Positions 19,425 through 29,598 of a stretch of 64,000 nt of DNA are shown here, in pieces. This DNA comes from an uncultured Bacteroidota bacterium (GTDB taxonomy: Bacteria > Bacteroidota > Bacteroidia > AKYH767-A > 2013-40CM-41-45), in assembly GCA_937871435.1 (NCBI GenBank), contig CALMQM010000072.1, forward strand, positions 3,145 to 67,144, written 5' to 3'. The notes below the pieces were generated by a model. It searched no databases and was not told the origin of the DNA. It saw only the letters and a program-made list of their open reading frames with translations. The stretch's first letter is position 1; every line of letters starts with the position of its first letter. The position numbers were made by a program, and so were the translations under genes.

Positions 19425-20678
19425 TTATTGCTTGATGAAGCGTTGACTCACAATGTCCTTCCCGTTTTGCATTGAAATAACATAAAGTCCTGACTGAATT
19501 GTACTCAAATCCAGAACCACCTCATCGGAAGAATTTCCTGCAGCGATTTCAGATGAAAATACCAGATGCCCGGTTAGATCAATAATACTGATCACTGACG
19601 AGGAATTTACATCGGAAGCAAAAGCAATGTGCAACCGATCATTGGCCGGATTCGGATACACCTTCATTCCTAAAGTCTGTACCTGGGCGGAAATCGGAGC
19701 TGACATACGGGGAGCTGTTCCGGCTGTCGAAAGCCAGATTACCGCATTTACCATTAACTTCTGGTGAGAGCCGCTAACTGCCACTTTATAAGAAGAATAC
19801 AATGCGTCATTGGGATCTCCTGTTCCATCATCCATAGGCGAACTGTCGCCGATTCCACACACTTTACCCTGGCCATAATTAGCGCCGGCAAAGAGCACAT
19901 TACTTGTTCCGGAAGTAGACGAACCGGTTTTAAAAATCAGACCTTTCACGGATGAATTGGCTGTACGATTCAAGGTCATGGAAGTACCGGCATTGTACTG
20001 CAGTCCGGTGACATTTCCCATCGATCCATGAAGAATCGGGTCGGTGGAAGAATTCAAAATGTTACTGGAAGTCTGGGAGAAATTGGCCAGATCAAAACTG
20101 ATTCCGAAAGGATTCGACACCGATCCATTGTTCGTCATAAAATCATTCCAGATTGCCGGTGAATCCCATCCGTCATTGTTCCGGTCGCTCACAGTATGAT
20201 CAGAGATCATAAAAAGTCCGCCACCATTATTCACAAAATTCAGTAAAGCTGTTTTCTCAGCAGTGGTGAAACGAATATTGGGTTCATCCACAACAAACAC
20301 TTTGTAATTGCTCAGGTCCTGAGCATTGGTAGTAACTCCATAGGTAATCAAACCATTGTAAGGCAAAGTTTCGATGGTGAAGCCTTTTTTGACCAGATCA
20401 ACTGCACAGCCAGACAAAGCCCCTGACCAATACGTTTCCGCTGTATTCGCGCTTATTCCGGACTGAGAAGGAGTTGGGATTCTTTGTGGATTAGATTCAT
20501 TTCCTCCTGTAACCATCAAACCGCCACTTCCGGTTTTCAGGTTTCTTGTATCTGCATCAATCACCCAGTCGGCATTACCGGCCATTTGTGCACTTGAGGC
20601 ATCGAATAAAACCTTCACTGTTTGTCCATTACTTTGACTCGCAATGAACATAGAAATCATCAGTACTAATTTTCTCAT
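19425..20678 (-). CDS. secreted protein of unknown function with a T9SS type A sorting domain
   Basis: I moved the start to the ATG at 20678, which gives a clean signal peptide (MRKLVLMISMFIASQSNGQ). The C-terminal VYPNPANDRLHIAF...GLYVISM is a T9SS CTD. The central domain carries no catalytic motif I recognise. Confidence 0.75.
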   Translation of the reverse strand: MRKLVLMISMFIASQSNGQTVKVLFDASSAQMAGNADWVIDADTRNLKTGSGGLMVTGGNESNPQRIPTPSQSGISANTAETYWSGALSGCAVDLVKKGFTIETLPYNGLITYGVTTNAQDLSNYKVFVVDEPNIRFTTAEKTALLNFVNNGGGLFMISDHTVSDRNNDGWDSPAIWNDFMTNNGSVSNPFGISFDLANFSQTSSNILNSSTDPILHGSMGNVTGLQYNAGTSMTLNRTANSSVKGLIFKTGSSTSGTSNVLFAGANYGQGKVCGIGDSSPMDDGTGDPNDALYSSYKVAVSGSHQKLMVNAVIWLSTAGTAPRMSAPISAQVQTLGMKVYPNPANDRLHIAFASDVNSSSVISIIDLTGHLVFSSEIAAGNSSDEVVLDLSTIQSGLYVISMQNGKDIVSQRFIKQ

Positions 20679-20794
20679 ACGATCGTTTTTGGGGAAACTC
20701 AGGAGGAAAGTATTCCGATGGATTTGACTATCGAATTTACACTGAAGGGATGAATTTTGCCATCGCATTCAGTGAATTAATGAACACAACAGTA

Positions 20795-21916
20795 TCAATA
20801 CTTTTTAAATTTAAAATGAAGAATTTTCTTCCCTCGTAAAGTCACAAAATACATACCCGGATTCAGTTTCTCCAGATGAAATATACACTTGTTTTGACCG
20901 GGAGAAACTACATTGGAATACAACAGGATACCTTTCAAATCGTGGATCTCAATATGCTCAATTGGGTTTGATCCAAACCATTCGACATTCATCTCCTCGT
21001 TCGCAGGATTAGGATATAAAATAGCCCTGTCATTTGCAGCAACGTCTCCGGCACTTTGACAAATCAACACATGAATATTTTGAGGAATGCTCCTGCTGCA
21101 TCCATTGGAATCTGTATAGGAATAGGTGACTGTAAAAAGTCCGGCACCACTCATGAACGGATCAAAACTTCCATTCACTACTCCAAAACCTGAATACACT
21201 CCACCGACGGGAAAGCCGCCTGAAAGCGGCATTGGAGTATCCTGATTACAGAGGGAATCATTGGGAAGAATGAATGCTACCGGTGGCAAAGGATCAACAG
21301 TGATTTCAACTGATGCAGTATCAATACATCCCTGAGCATCACTGACCGAAACAACGTAGATCCCTGGTAAACTCACTATGATATCCGGAGTAGATGAGAA
21401 TGTATTCCACTGGTAACTGATTCCACCGCTTGCAAAAAGAGTAACAGAATCTCCACCACAAAATTCAGTCGGACCACTTGAAGTAATTACCGCGTTGGGT
21501 TGATCTGGACACGTGATTTGCGCCAACCATCCCATACTGCTGTCACTTGCATCCGAATGAAACCTGAAGGTAACACACGAGCCCGTTGTTGTTGCTGTGG
21601 TAAAGGGAAAGTCCATGAGAGTAAATACTCCTATTAATCCACTGCTGTCTGAACATGCATCGTATACCCACAAAGTATCACCTGCCGCTATATCGAAAAA
21701 CAGAAATTGAACCTGTAACGCGCACTCACTCGCAGAATGAAAAGTAATCGTTCTTTGATCGCTATTCAGGTACGCCCCTCCTCCCTCACTGTCATAAAAT
21801 AAAGCAGAACAGGTTGTGATATCGGTATCCTGCATATTCACAATCTGTGAAATTGCTTCAGGAATCTGACAAAACAGCGTTAGAAATAAAAGTGTAATGG
21901 TCCGGATCATCCTCAT
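20795..21916 (-). CDS. secreted protein with a CUB-like N-terminal domain, Ig-like repeats and a T9SS type A sorting domain
   Basis: The start at ATG 21916 gives the signal peptide MRMIRTITLLFLTLFC. The CUB-like pattern reads C..LFYDSEGGG.Y....R.ITF......L.V.F..FDI..GD.LWVYD. An Ig-like module shows CGGDSVTLFASGG.SYQW, and the CTD shows YPNPANEEMNV...GMYFVTL. Confidence 0.75.
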   Translation of the reverse strand: MRMIRTITLLFLTLFCQIPEAISQIVNMQDTDITTCSALFYDSEGGGAYLNSDQRTITFHSASECALQVQFLFFDIAAGDTLWVYDACSDSSGLIGVFTLMDFPFTTATTTGSCVTFRFHSDASDSSMGWLAQITCPDQPNAVITSSGPTEFCGGDSVTLFASGGISYQWNTFSSTPDIIVSLPGIYVVSVSDAQGCIDTASVEITVDPLPPVAFILPNDSLCNQDTPMPLSGGFPVGGVYSGFGVVNGSFDPFMSGAGLFTVTYSYTDSNGCSRSIPQNIHVLICQSAGDVAANDRAILYPNPANEEMNVEWFGSNPIEHIEIHDLKGILLYSNVVSPGQNKCIFHLEKLNPGMYFVTLRGKKILHFKFKKY

Positions 21917-22223
21917 GCTAACAAATTTATTGATTGTCTTTTGAATAATTATGATTTTCCTCATAGCGGCTTATCTGCTTCATTGATTTTCTTTGGGAAA
22001 GAATCTTAAGAGCATAATCCGGAGTAGTCCAATTATAAGCTATTTATGCCAGAAGCAACGAATAAAGATCGCCCGGTTGAATCCAGTTGACAATGGCAAA
22101 CTAATTTGGTATTCCAATCCTTGAAGAAAGAAAAGAATTTATTATCTTGCTTTAAGAAATCGAAACTGCAAGAGTACACGATCTCTCGTTTTAATATTTT
22201 ACAATTATAACCAGCAATTTGAA

Positions 22224-22577
22224 ATGAACGAAACTAATTCTACCCGGAGAAGTTTTCTTAAACTCATTGGGCTAACTGCGGGAGCTACAATCACCGCTTC
22301 AGGAGCACTGGCAAAAATTGCCGACCATTCAGAGATACACAAATTAAATCCGGCTCAACAGGAATTCATGTTGCGCTATGGACAATGGATGGATGAATTT
22401 ATCGAAGTCATTGCCATTCAAAAGACATTTCCGGATGACAGCGTAAACAATCAAAAACTTATGCAGCTTTCTGATCAGGCGCAGATATGGCAACCGCAAT
22501 TGACAGAATACATGAAGGAAGAAAGTTTTGCATTGATCTATCGCGCATCGATAGAAAAGATGCGAAATGAAATCTGA
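22224..22577 (+). CDS. small twin-arginine (Tat) signal protein, function unknown
   Basis: The N-terminal STRRSFLKLIGLTAGATITASGALA matches the S/T-R-R-x-F-L-K Tat motif plus an h-region. The mature part is about 85 aa with no Cys or His cofactor motif. Confidence 0.7.
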   Translation: MNETNSTRRSFLKLIGLTAGATITASGALAKIADHSEIHKLNPAQQEFMLRYGQWMDEFIEVIAIQKTFPDDSVNNQKLMQLSDQAQIWQPQLTEYMKEESFALIYRASIEKMRNEI

Positions 22578-22591
22578 ACATCCTGATTGTC

Positions 22592-23710
22592 ATGTTTCAA
22601 TTGCTTTTCATCGCATTTCTCTTGTTCCATGGATTTCTGCACTGGATTGGTTATCGTCGTGCTTTCAGGGATTCAGGTTCTTCAGAAGAAAATTCTCAGG
22701 CAAATACAAATAAGAAGATCCATGACATAGTTTGGTTGTCGTGTACTGCTCTGTGGTGGATGAGTGCCATCGCATTTTATTTCAATGCAGATTGGTGGTG
22801 GATCATTTGCGTGATCGCATTAATCTTTTCCCAAATTCTGATTTTTCTTCATTGGAAAATTGCACGATACGGTTCCCTTGTTAATCTTCTGATCGCTATT
22901 CCGGTATTCTTTACTTTCTCTTCGAGAAATTTCGAACGGACCTGCAATAATGAAATTCTTGCTTTGAATCAGGCTCAGGAAAACAGAACCTTGGAAACAA
23001 TAAGCGACTCTTCCCTGAATAATCTTCCATTTCCTGTTCAATGCTGGCTGAGACATTCCGGAATTGTTGGCAAAGAAAAAATTCAACGGGTACAACTTTC
23101 ACAAACAGGTTCCATGCTTACACAGCAGGGAGGAAAATGGCTTTCAGCCCGGGCCAATCAATATTTTACGGTTCAAAATCCTGCATTCGTCTGGACAGTT
23201 AATATGGAATGGCCTCCATTCATGAGCATTTCAGGGAGAGATAAATTTGAAAACGGCAAAGGAAACATGCTGATTAAAGTTGCATCTGTATACACCATCG
23301 CGAACAGTACCGGAGCGGAAACAGATCAGGGTTCAGCTATCAGATACCTGGCAGAAATGGTTTGGTTTCCATCTGCAGCCTTGGAAAAATACATTCAATG
23401 GGAGGCAGTAGATTCTCATTCTGCTAAAGCTGTCATGCGTCTGAACAATCAAAGTGTAGACGCCATTTTTTCATTTGATACTACAGGAAATGTGTTTCGC
23501 GTTGAAGCTTTGCGTTTTGGTGAATTCAATGGAAAATATTCTAAAGAAAAATGGGTAGTGAACTGCAGTTCACCGAAAGAATTTTCAGGGATCACCATTC
23601 CTTCAAAAAGTGAAGTGACCTGGAAATTACAATCGGGAGATTTTACATGGTTTAAACTGGAGATCGAAGATATTCTGTACAACCAACCTTTCAAATTAAC
23701 CTCTCGTTGA
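22592..23710 (+). CDS. membrane-anchored protein of unknown function (N-terminal 3-4 TM segments plus a roughly 250-aa soluble domain, possibly DUF6544-like)
   Basis: It starts 15 nt after the preceding stop. Hydrophobic segments fall at residues about 1-115, followed by a beta-rich domain. The family name is from memory only. Confidence 0.65.
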   Translation: MFQLLFIAFLLFHGFLHWIGYRRAFRDSGSSEENSQANTNKKIHDIVWLSCTALWWMSAIAFYFNADWWWIICVIALIFSQILIFLHWKIARYGSLVNLLIAIPVFFTFSSRNFERTCNNEILALNQAQENRTLETISDSSLNNLPFPVQCWLRHSGIVGKEKIQRVQLSQTGSMLTQQGGKWLSARANQYFTVQNPAFVWTVNMEWPPFMSISGRDKFENGKGNMLIKVASVYTIANSTGAETDQGSAIRYLAEMVWFPSAALEKYIQWEAVDSHSAKAVMRLNNQSVDAIFSFDTTGNVFRVEALRFGEFNGKYSKEKWVVNCSSPKEFSGITIPSKSEVTWKLQSGDFTWFKLEIEDILYNQPFKLTSR

Positions 23711-25759
23711 ACTGATTTTTATTCTCACATCCACTGCTTCTAAAAATTCGTCCGTACCAATAAGAGGATTGATATCCATTTCCTCAATCTCAGGAGCAGC
23801 TTCAATCAATGCAGAAACTCTCAGCAACACATCAACAATTAATTCTTCACGGATCCCTTTTTTCCCTCGAACTCCTTTGATCACGGGATAGGATCGTAAC
23901 CTCTTTAACATACTCACAGCTTCTTCCCTGCTTAAAGGCGATAAGGCTGATGAAATATCCCGAAACACTTCCACAAAAATTCCTCCCAACCCGCACAGGA
24001 TCAGATGACCAAAGTTCTCTTCCTTTTTTGCTCCGATAAAAAATTCATTCCCACTCAACATTGTCTGCATCAACACTCCACTCGCCCTTGGTATCTTCAT
24101 CAATTCTGCATAAAATTCTGTTGCCTGTACTTCAGTTTGAATATTCAGTTTCACCCCGGAAAATTCTGACTTGTGCAAGGGACCGATTACTTTCATCACC
24201 AAAGGTTTCTTCATTTGATGAAAAGCAGTATTCACTTCTTCCTCCGTTTGCACGATAATTTGCTTCACCATTGGAATTCCGGCCGCATTCAGCAAAGAGT
24301 AACAATCATCAGGATTTAAAAAGCCTCCTAAAGAATTATCAATCACCTTTCTTATTATATCCTTCTGAATCAAAGGAAGATCAGCTGCAGGGAATGCCGG
24401 ATGTGTTCGCATTACTCTCGAAAGCACATAGCCAAAACTTACTTCATCTGTAAAATTGATTCCTCCCTGTGATTGAAAACGGCTCACTTCTTCCGCAGCC
24501 TGAATCACTGATGGAAGAATCGGGAAAATTGGCTTTCTGCATTTTTTCATTTTCCGGTGTAAAACTTCATAGACATTGTTTACACTCCACATACCTGTTG
24601 TACCAAACACCACCACCGATCCGTCAATATCCTCGAGTTCATTATCGACACAATCCAGTATTTCTCCCAGCTGCTCGGCAGTACCGGTAGCAAGAAAATC
24701 AATAGGATTGGAAACTGATGATCCATGATGTAATTTCTGCAACAATCGATCGGCTGCCGGACCACTGATGCGCGGAACATGCATTCCTCCTTTGATCAGA
24801 ATATCGGTCAGCATTACTCCCGGTCCACCGGCATGGGTAATTATTGCAAGTCTTTTACCCTTCAGTTGCTCATGAGAAAAAATCGCGGCAACATACACGA
24901 GCTCTACTCTGGAATAACATCGCACAATTCCTGCTTTGCGGAAGAGTGCTGCCACAGCTGTATCTGATCCTGCAAGCGAGCCTGTATGCGATGAAACAGC
25001 ACGTGAGCCGGCATCTGTTGCTCCTGCTTTAATCGCCGCAATCCTGCAACCTTTTTTAACCAGCGATAACGCATGTTTTAAAAACTTATCCGGTTTAGCA
25101 ACTTCTTCCATATAGATCAATTTGATCCGGCTGCTATGTAGTGGATCGAATGTTTCATCCCAGTATTCAAGTATCTCTTCAACACCTACATGTGCGCTGT
25201 TGCCAACAGAAAACAAACTTGAGAATGTAAGTCCTCTGGGTATTGCCTGCTCCAGAATAAAAACCAAAGTTGCTCCGGAGGCGGATACACAATCACATCC
25301 CTGGTAACTGAACTTCGGGATTGGACCGGCAAAAACACCTTTATACGAAGGAGTCAGCACGCCTATACAATTCGGTCCGATGAGAGTTCCTCCGACTGAT
25401 TCAACAAGTTCTACACAACGTTTTTCCAGCAATTCACCTTCCTCTCCGATCTCACTGAAACCGGAAGAAAAAACGATAAATGCTTTGCAGTTTTTTTTCA
25501 AAGCAAGAACTTTCAATGCTTCTTCAACATGCTGAGCAGCTATGGCGACGATAGCCAAATCCACTTCCGGCAATTCCTCACAGCTTTGAAAACACGGAAT
25601 TCCCTGTACTGAATTCTCCTTCGGATTCACTCCCATAATTTTCCCTCCAAAAGAATGATCCAGAATATTCCGTAAAACTTTTCCTCCCGGCTTGCTTAAA
25701 TCATTGGATGCTCCAACAACAACAATGCTCTTCGGTGAAATCAACGCTGACGAAATCAT
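23696..25759 (-). CDS. ADP-forming acyl/acetyl-CoA synthetase, fused alpha/beta (CoA-binding, CoA-ligase and ATP-grasp domains)
   Basis: The N-terminal CoA-binding Rossmann fold reads PKSIVVVGASND.SKPG. The phosphohistidine loop is SSHTGSLAGSD, and an ATP-grasp domain forms the C-terminus. Length is 687 aa with no C-terminal GNAT domain. Confidence 0.85.
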   Translation of the reverse strand: MISSALISPKSIVVVGASNDLSKPGGKVLRNILDHSFGGKIMGVNPKENSVQGIPCFQSCEELPEVDLAIVAIAAQHVEEALKVLALKKNCKAFIVFSSGFSEIGEEGELLEKRCVELVESVGGTLIGPNCIGVLTPSYKGVFAGPIPKFSYQGCDCVSASGATLVFILEQAIPRGLTFSSLFSVGNSAHVGVEEILEYWDETFDPLHSSRIKLIYMEEVAKPDKFLKHALSLVKKGCRIAAIKAGATDAGSRAVSSHTGSLAGSDTAVAALFRKAGIVRCYSRVELVYVAAIFSHEQLKGKRLAIITHAGGPGVMLTDILIKGGMHVPRISGPAADRLLQKLHHGSSVSNPIDFLATGTAEQLGEILDCVDNELEDIDGSVVVFGTTGMWSVNNVYEVLHRKMKKCRKPIFPILPSVIQAAEEVSRFQSQGGINFTDEVSFGYVLSRVMRTHPAFPAADLPLIQKDIIRKVIDNSLGGFLNPDDCYSLLNAAGIPMVKQIIVQTEEEVNTAFHQMKKPLVMKVIGPLHKSEFSGVKLNIQTEVQATEFYAELMKIPRASGVLMQTMLSGNEFFIGAKKEENFGHLILCGLGGIFVEVFRDISSALSPLSREEAVSMLKRLRSYPVIKGVRGKKGIREELIVDVLLRVSALIEAAPEIEEMDINPLIGTDEFLEAVDVRIKISSTRG

Positions 25760-26087
25760 ATATTTTCAAATCAAAGACAACCGCAAGGTAGAGCATCGCA
25801 GTCGACCTGAAATTGACATTGGTCAGTCAAATATTCAAACCCGGGTTAAAAAATAACCGTTTGTTATTCCGTAAACAAATCTTGAATCACCTTCCTGGTC
25901 AGGAATACAAATTTTCTACCTGCCGGCTGAACAACCCGGTTGATTTTTTGTTAAAATAACATGTCTTCAGATTTGTTTAAAAATGAATTGATATTTTAAC
26001 AGCGTCATAGAAAAATAAACATTTGAAATTTCACGATACCTGAACAATTATAGAGACATTTCCTGAACGTAATCTTCCAATTCTCCT

Positions 26088-26750
26088 ATGTTGAAATCCA
26101 TCCATATTACTTTTTTCATTTTTCTGATTCTTCCCTTGCTCTTTTCTTGTATGTATAGCCAGAAAGCAGCCTCTTCCTTATTGTCTAAAGCTTCCACTCA
26201 GCCCTATGATGTCATCATTGTACCTGGTGTTCCATTTGATGGTACCAAATGGGATTCAACAATGAAAGGAAGAGTGTACTGGTCAAAATATCTGTATGAT
26301 CATGGCATTGCAAAAAATGTGATGTATTCCGGCTCTGCAGTCTATACACCCTATTTCGAAGGAAAGATTATGGGATTGTATGCGGAAAAACTAGGCATAC
26401 CTAAAGAACACATCTTCACCGAAATCAAAGCTGAACACAGTACGGAGAACGCTTACTATTCCTATAAGAAATCAAAATTATTAGGCTTCAAAAGAATTGC
26501 AATTGCTTCCGATCCCTTTCAGACAAAATTGCTGAAACGGTATGCTAAAAAAATCCTGGATCCTTCTGTTGGAATACTTCCTATGGTGCAGGATTCTTTG
26601 AACAAAGCTTATCCTGTAAAACCAAATCCTGAAATCGATTTTCATCAGGCATACGATCCGAAATTTGTCTCCTTGCTGAAAAGAGAATCTTTCTGGAAAC
26701 GATTCAGAGGAACCCGTGGAAAAAATGTGGATGTAAAAGCATATGAATAA
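26088..26750 (+). CDS. YdcF/DUF218 family protein
   Basis: A signal or anchor is present, with IIVPGVPFDG and the EHSTENAYYS motif (S-T-x-N-A) typical of DUF218. Confidence 0.65.
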   Translation: MLKSIHITFFIFLILPLLFSCMYSQKAASSLLSKASTQPYDVIIVPGVPFDGTKWDSTMKGRVYWSKYLYDHGIAKNVMYSGSAVYTPYFEGKIMGLYAEKLGIPKEHIFTEIKAEHSTENAYYSYKKSKLLGFKRIAIASDPFQTKLLKRYAKKILDPSVGILPMVQDSLNKAYPVKPNPEIDFHQAYDPKFVSLLKRESFWKRFRGTRGKNVDVKAYE

Positions 26751-26802
26751 ATCCAAAATCTTTTTATTCCATCATCACTGAATCATCCATAGAAAGACTG
26801 AA

Positions 26803-28146
26803 CTACCGGCTATCTATTGGTAAGTCTTTTTGTATTCGCCACTCTTTCGGCAAATAATTGTTCACTCTTCCATCTAACACCTTTACCCATCCCAATGGAC
26901 AGTCTTTATACGCTGCCAATTGCCAACCCTTTTGAGCTCCTTCCAATTTTACCGGCTCACCTTTCATAAACAGTAATGCCTGATCCGCTTCAAGATTGTA
27001 TAACCTCTCTTCTTTTTTCAGATGTATACTTAAAGACAAATCATGTGATGGAACAAAATCTTTTCCTTTCATATTCCCGGCAAATATTCCTGCCTGCCGG
27101 AGAAAGAATTTCTCCGAAAGAAGCATAAAAACTTGAGCGAAAGAAGATGGAATCAAATACACTCTGTCATCCGCAATTGAACACAGGTATTTTTCCGGAT
27201 GTTCTATGTAGCCTGCCACACTACCTGAAACATTCTTTAAAGAATTTTTCTTGTTGAATTTTCTTGTTGACATTTCATCTCCCATTTTTCTCAGTGCGGA
27301 AATAAAAAATCCTTCTCCTTTAACTCTGTGTGGATAAAATCGAAATCCGTATTCGGTTTTTACTACTTCATTAAAAGAGAAATTCATTTCGATCAATTCC
27401 ATTTCTCCGGAATCAATCAACATTCTTATCTGATCTTCGTCTTCCACGCTTTCAAACGTGCAGGTACTGTAAATAAGAACTCCTCCCGGTTTTAACGATG
27501 GAATTATATGCTCCAGAATATTCTTTTGACGAAGAGCACAGTTCATTACCGCTGCTTCTGACCATTCCTCCGCAGCTGAAGGATCTCGTCGAAACAATCC
27601 TTCCCCGCTGCAGGGAGCATCCACTACTACCAGATCAAAAAAATTATCCAGTTGGCTGAAATCCTTAGTTTCATTTTGCGTGACAATCACATTGTCAACT
27701 CCCCATTTCACTAGATTCTGGCGGAGAATAGCATTTCGTTTCGGAATCACTTCATTGCTGATCAAAAGACTTTCAGCCGGAATCAGCGAAAGCAAATGAG
27801 AAGACTTCCCTCCCGGTGCCGCACACGCATCCAGAACAAATGCAGGAGCAGAATTAGAAAAAACCTGCGTATAGACTGCTTCTAAAAACATACTGCTTGC
27901 TTCCTGCACGTAATACATTCCGGCATGAAAAGCAGGATCAAAAATAAATGCCGGACGTTCATTTAAATAATATCCCTGAACACTCCATGGTACTTTTTCA
28001 AGCGAATCAACAGTATAATTTTTCTTAAAGGGATTGACACGGATACTGACAGGCGCAGGAGTATTCAATGAATTCACAAACGCGTGAAATTCATCTCCCA
28101 GCTCCTGCTTCATCCGATGCAGAAAAGATTCGGGCCAATTTTGCAT
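26803..28146 (-). CDS. RsmB/RsmF (NOL1/NOP2/Sun) family rRNA cytosine-C5 methyltransferase
   Basis: The SAM pocket is LDACAAPGGKS. The catalytic Cys motifs are VDAPCSGEG and IYSTCT. The C-terminal extension resembles RsmF. Confidence 0.85.
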   Translation of the reverse strand: MQNWPESFLHRMKQELGDEFHAFVNSLNTPAPVSIRVNPFKKNYTVDSLEKVPWSVQGYYLNERPAFIFDPAFHAGMYYVQEASSMFLEAVYTQVFSNSAPAFVLDACAAPGGKSSHLLSLIPAESLLISNEVIPKRNAILRQNLVKWGVDNVIVTQNETKDFSQLDNFFDLVVVDAPCSGEGLFRRDPSAAEEWSEAAVMNCALRQKNILEHIIPSLKPGGVLIYSTCTFESVEDEDQIRMLIDSGEMELIEMNFSFNEVVKTEYGFRFYPHRVKGEGFFISALRKMGDEMSTRKFNKKNSLKNVSGSVAGYIEHPEKYLCSIADDRVYLIPSSFAQVFMLLSEKFFLRQAGIFAGNMKGKDFVPSHDLSLSIHLKKEERLYNLEADQALLFMKGEPVKLEGAQKGWQLAAYKDCPLGWVKVLDGRVNNYLPKEWRIQKDLPIDSR

Positions 28147-28205
28147 GCCGCAAAATACTCAATTTCAATAAGCAATTCAGGAAGAAGAAAATTCAATAAA
28201 AATCT

Positions 28206-28213
28206 TAGCTTTG
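28206..28213 (+). promoter_or_regulatory. candidate -7 promoter box for the symporter gene
   Basis: TAGCTTTG lies 66 nt upstream of the ATG at 28279. Confidence 0.3.
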
Positions 28214-28278
28214 AAACCGATGAATTCATTGAGTAATCAATCTGTTCAGGAAATAGTATTCAAAATCATTCTCTGATT

Positions 28279-29496
28279 ATGCGGCGACCGACACTCACAG
28301 TGCAAATTATTATCGGACTGATCCTTGGAATCGCGTTGGGTGCCTGGTATCGACACATGTGGCCGGATCAGGAAAACATCAAACCCTTTGCCGACAACAT
28401 GCAGGTGTTGAGTGATATCTTTCTTCGTCTGATTAAAATGATCATTGCTCCTCTTGTATTCTCACTCTTACTTACAGGTATCGCCAAAGTGGGCGATTTC
28501 AAAACAGTCGGTAGAATCGGATTGAAAACCCTGATCTATTTTACCGGAGCAACATTGGTCGCCCTCACACTTGGATTGGTAATCGTAAATATTTTTGAGC
28601 CCGGAACCGCCTTGCTTCATCCGGATGCGCATAGCCTCGTTCCTGTACAACCGAAACCATTTGAAGCAAGAGAATTTGTCTCCCACATTTTCCCGGAAAG
28701 CATCGCGGATGCTATGGCAAGAAACCAAATTCTTCCCATTATCATTTTTGTCCTCTTCTTCGGAATGGCCACTGCTTCACTGCATGAAAAAGGAAAAATT
28801 GTCATTGATTTTTTCGATTCAATTTCTCATATAATGTTGAAAGTAACCGCCTACGTGATGAAAATGGCACCGCTCGCGGTATTCGGTGCCATGACGGCAG
28901 TGATAGCAACCAAAGGACTTGATGTGCTTGGTGGGTATGTGAAAATAATTCTCTGCTTCTTTGGCGGATTGATTTTCTTCGTCTTTGTAGTGCTGCTTGG
29001 AATTTGCGCCATCCTAAAAATCAATTTCTTCAAATTATTTGAACATGTAAAAGAACCCATGCTACTCGCTTTCTCAACTGCCAGCAGCGAAGCGGCAATG
29101 CCTAAAACCATTCTTGGATTGGAACGATTTGGATGTCCGGATAAAATCATCAGTTTCGTTCTGCCACTCGGTTATTCATTTAACCTTGACGGATCAATCA
29201 TGTACATGACATTTGCGACGATGTCCATCGCACAAGCTTATGGCATGCACCTTTCAGGAGCTCAACAAATCACAATGATGCTGATTTTACTTGTCACCAG
29301 CAAAGGAATGGCCGGAGTTCCGAGAGCATCTCTGGTGGTGATCGCGGGAATGCTGCAAACATTTAATATTCCTCAGGAAGGATTAACATTGTTGCTTGCC
29401 ATCGACTGGCTTCTCGACATGGGACGATCCGCGACAAATGTGATGGGAAACGCTGTAGCAACCGCTGTTGTAAGCAAATGGGAAAAAAGCGGATGA
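28279..29496 (+). CDS. dicarboxylate/amino acid:cation symporter (DAACS family, DctA/GltP-like)
   Basis: This 405-aa polytopic protein shows family-typical segments: SSEAAMP, GYSFNLDGS and TSKGMAGVPRASLVV. Confidence 0.85.
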   Translation: MRRPTLTVQIIIGLILGIALGAWYRHMWPDQENIKPFADNMQVLSDIFLRLIKMIIAPLVFSLLLTGIAKVGDFKTVGRIGLKTLIYFTGATLVALTLGLVIVNIFEPGTALLHPDAHSLVPVQPKPFEAREFVSHIFPESIADAMARNQILPIIIFVLFFGMATASLHEKGKIVIDFFDSISHIMLKVTAYVMKMAPLAVFGAMTAVIATKGLDVLGGYVKIILCFFGGLIFFVFVVLLGICAILKINFFKLFEHVKEPMLLAFSTASSEAAMPKTILGLERFGCPDKIISFVLPLGYSFNLDGSIMYMTFATMSIAQAYGMHLSGAQQITMMLILLVTSKGMAGVPRASLVVIAGMLQTFNIPQEGLTLLLAIDWLLDMGRSATNVMGNAVATAVVSKWEKSG

Positions 29497-29598
29497 TGTT
29501 TTAAACCAGATTATCACACCAAAAATCATTCATAAAAAAAAGAATCTACTCGCTCTTCACCATTCACACTTTACTACTCCCTCTTCACTTCTCACTTC

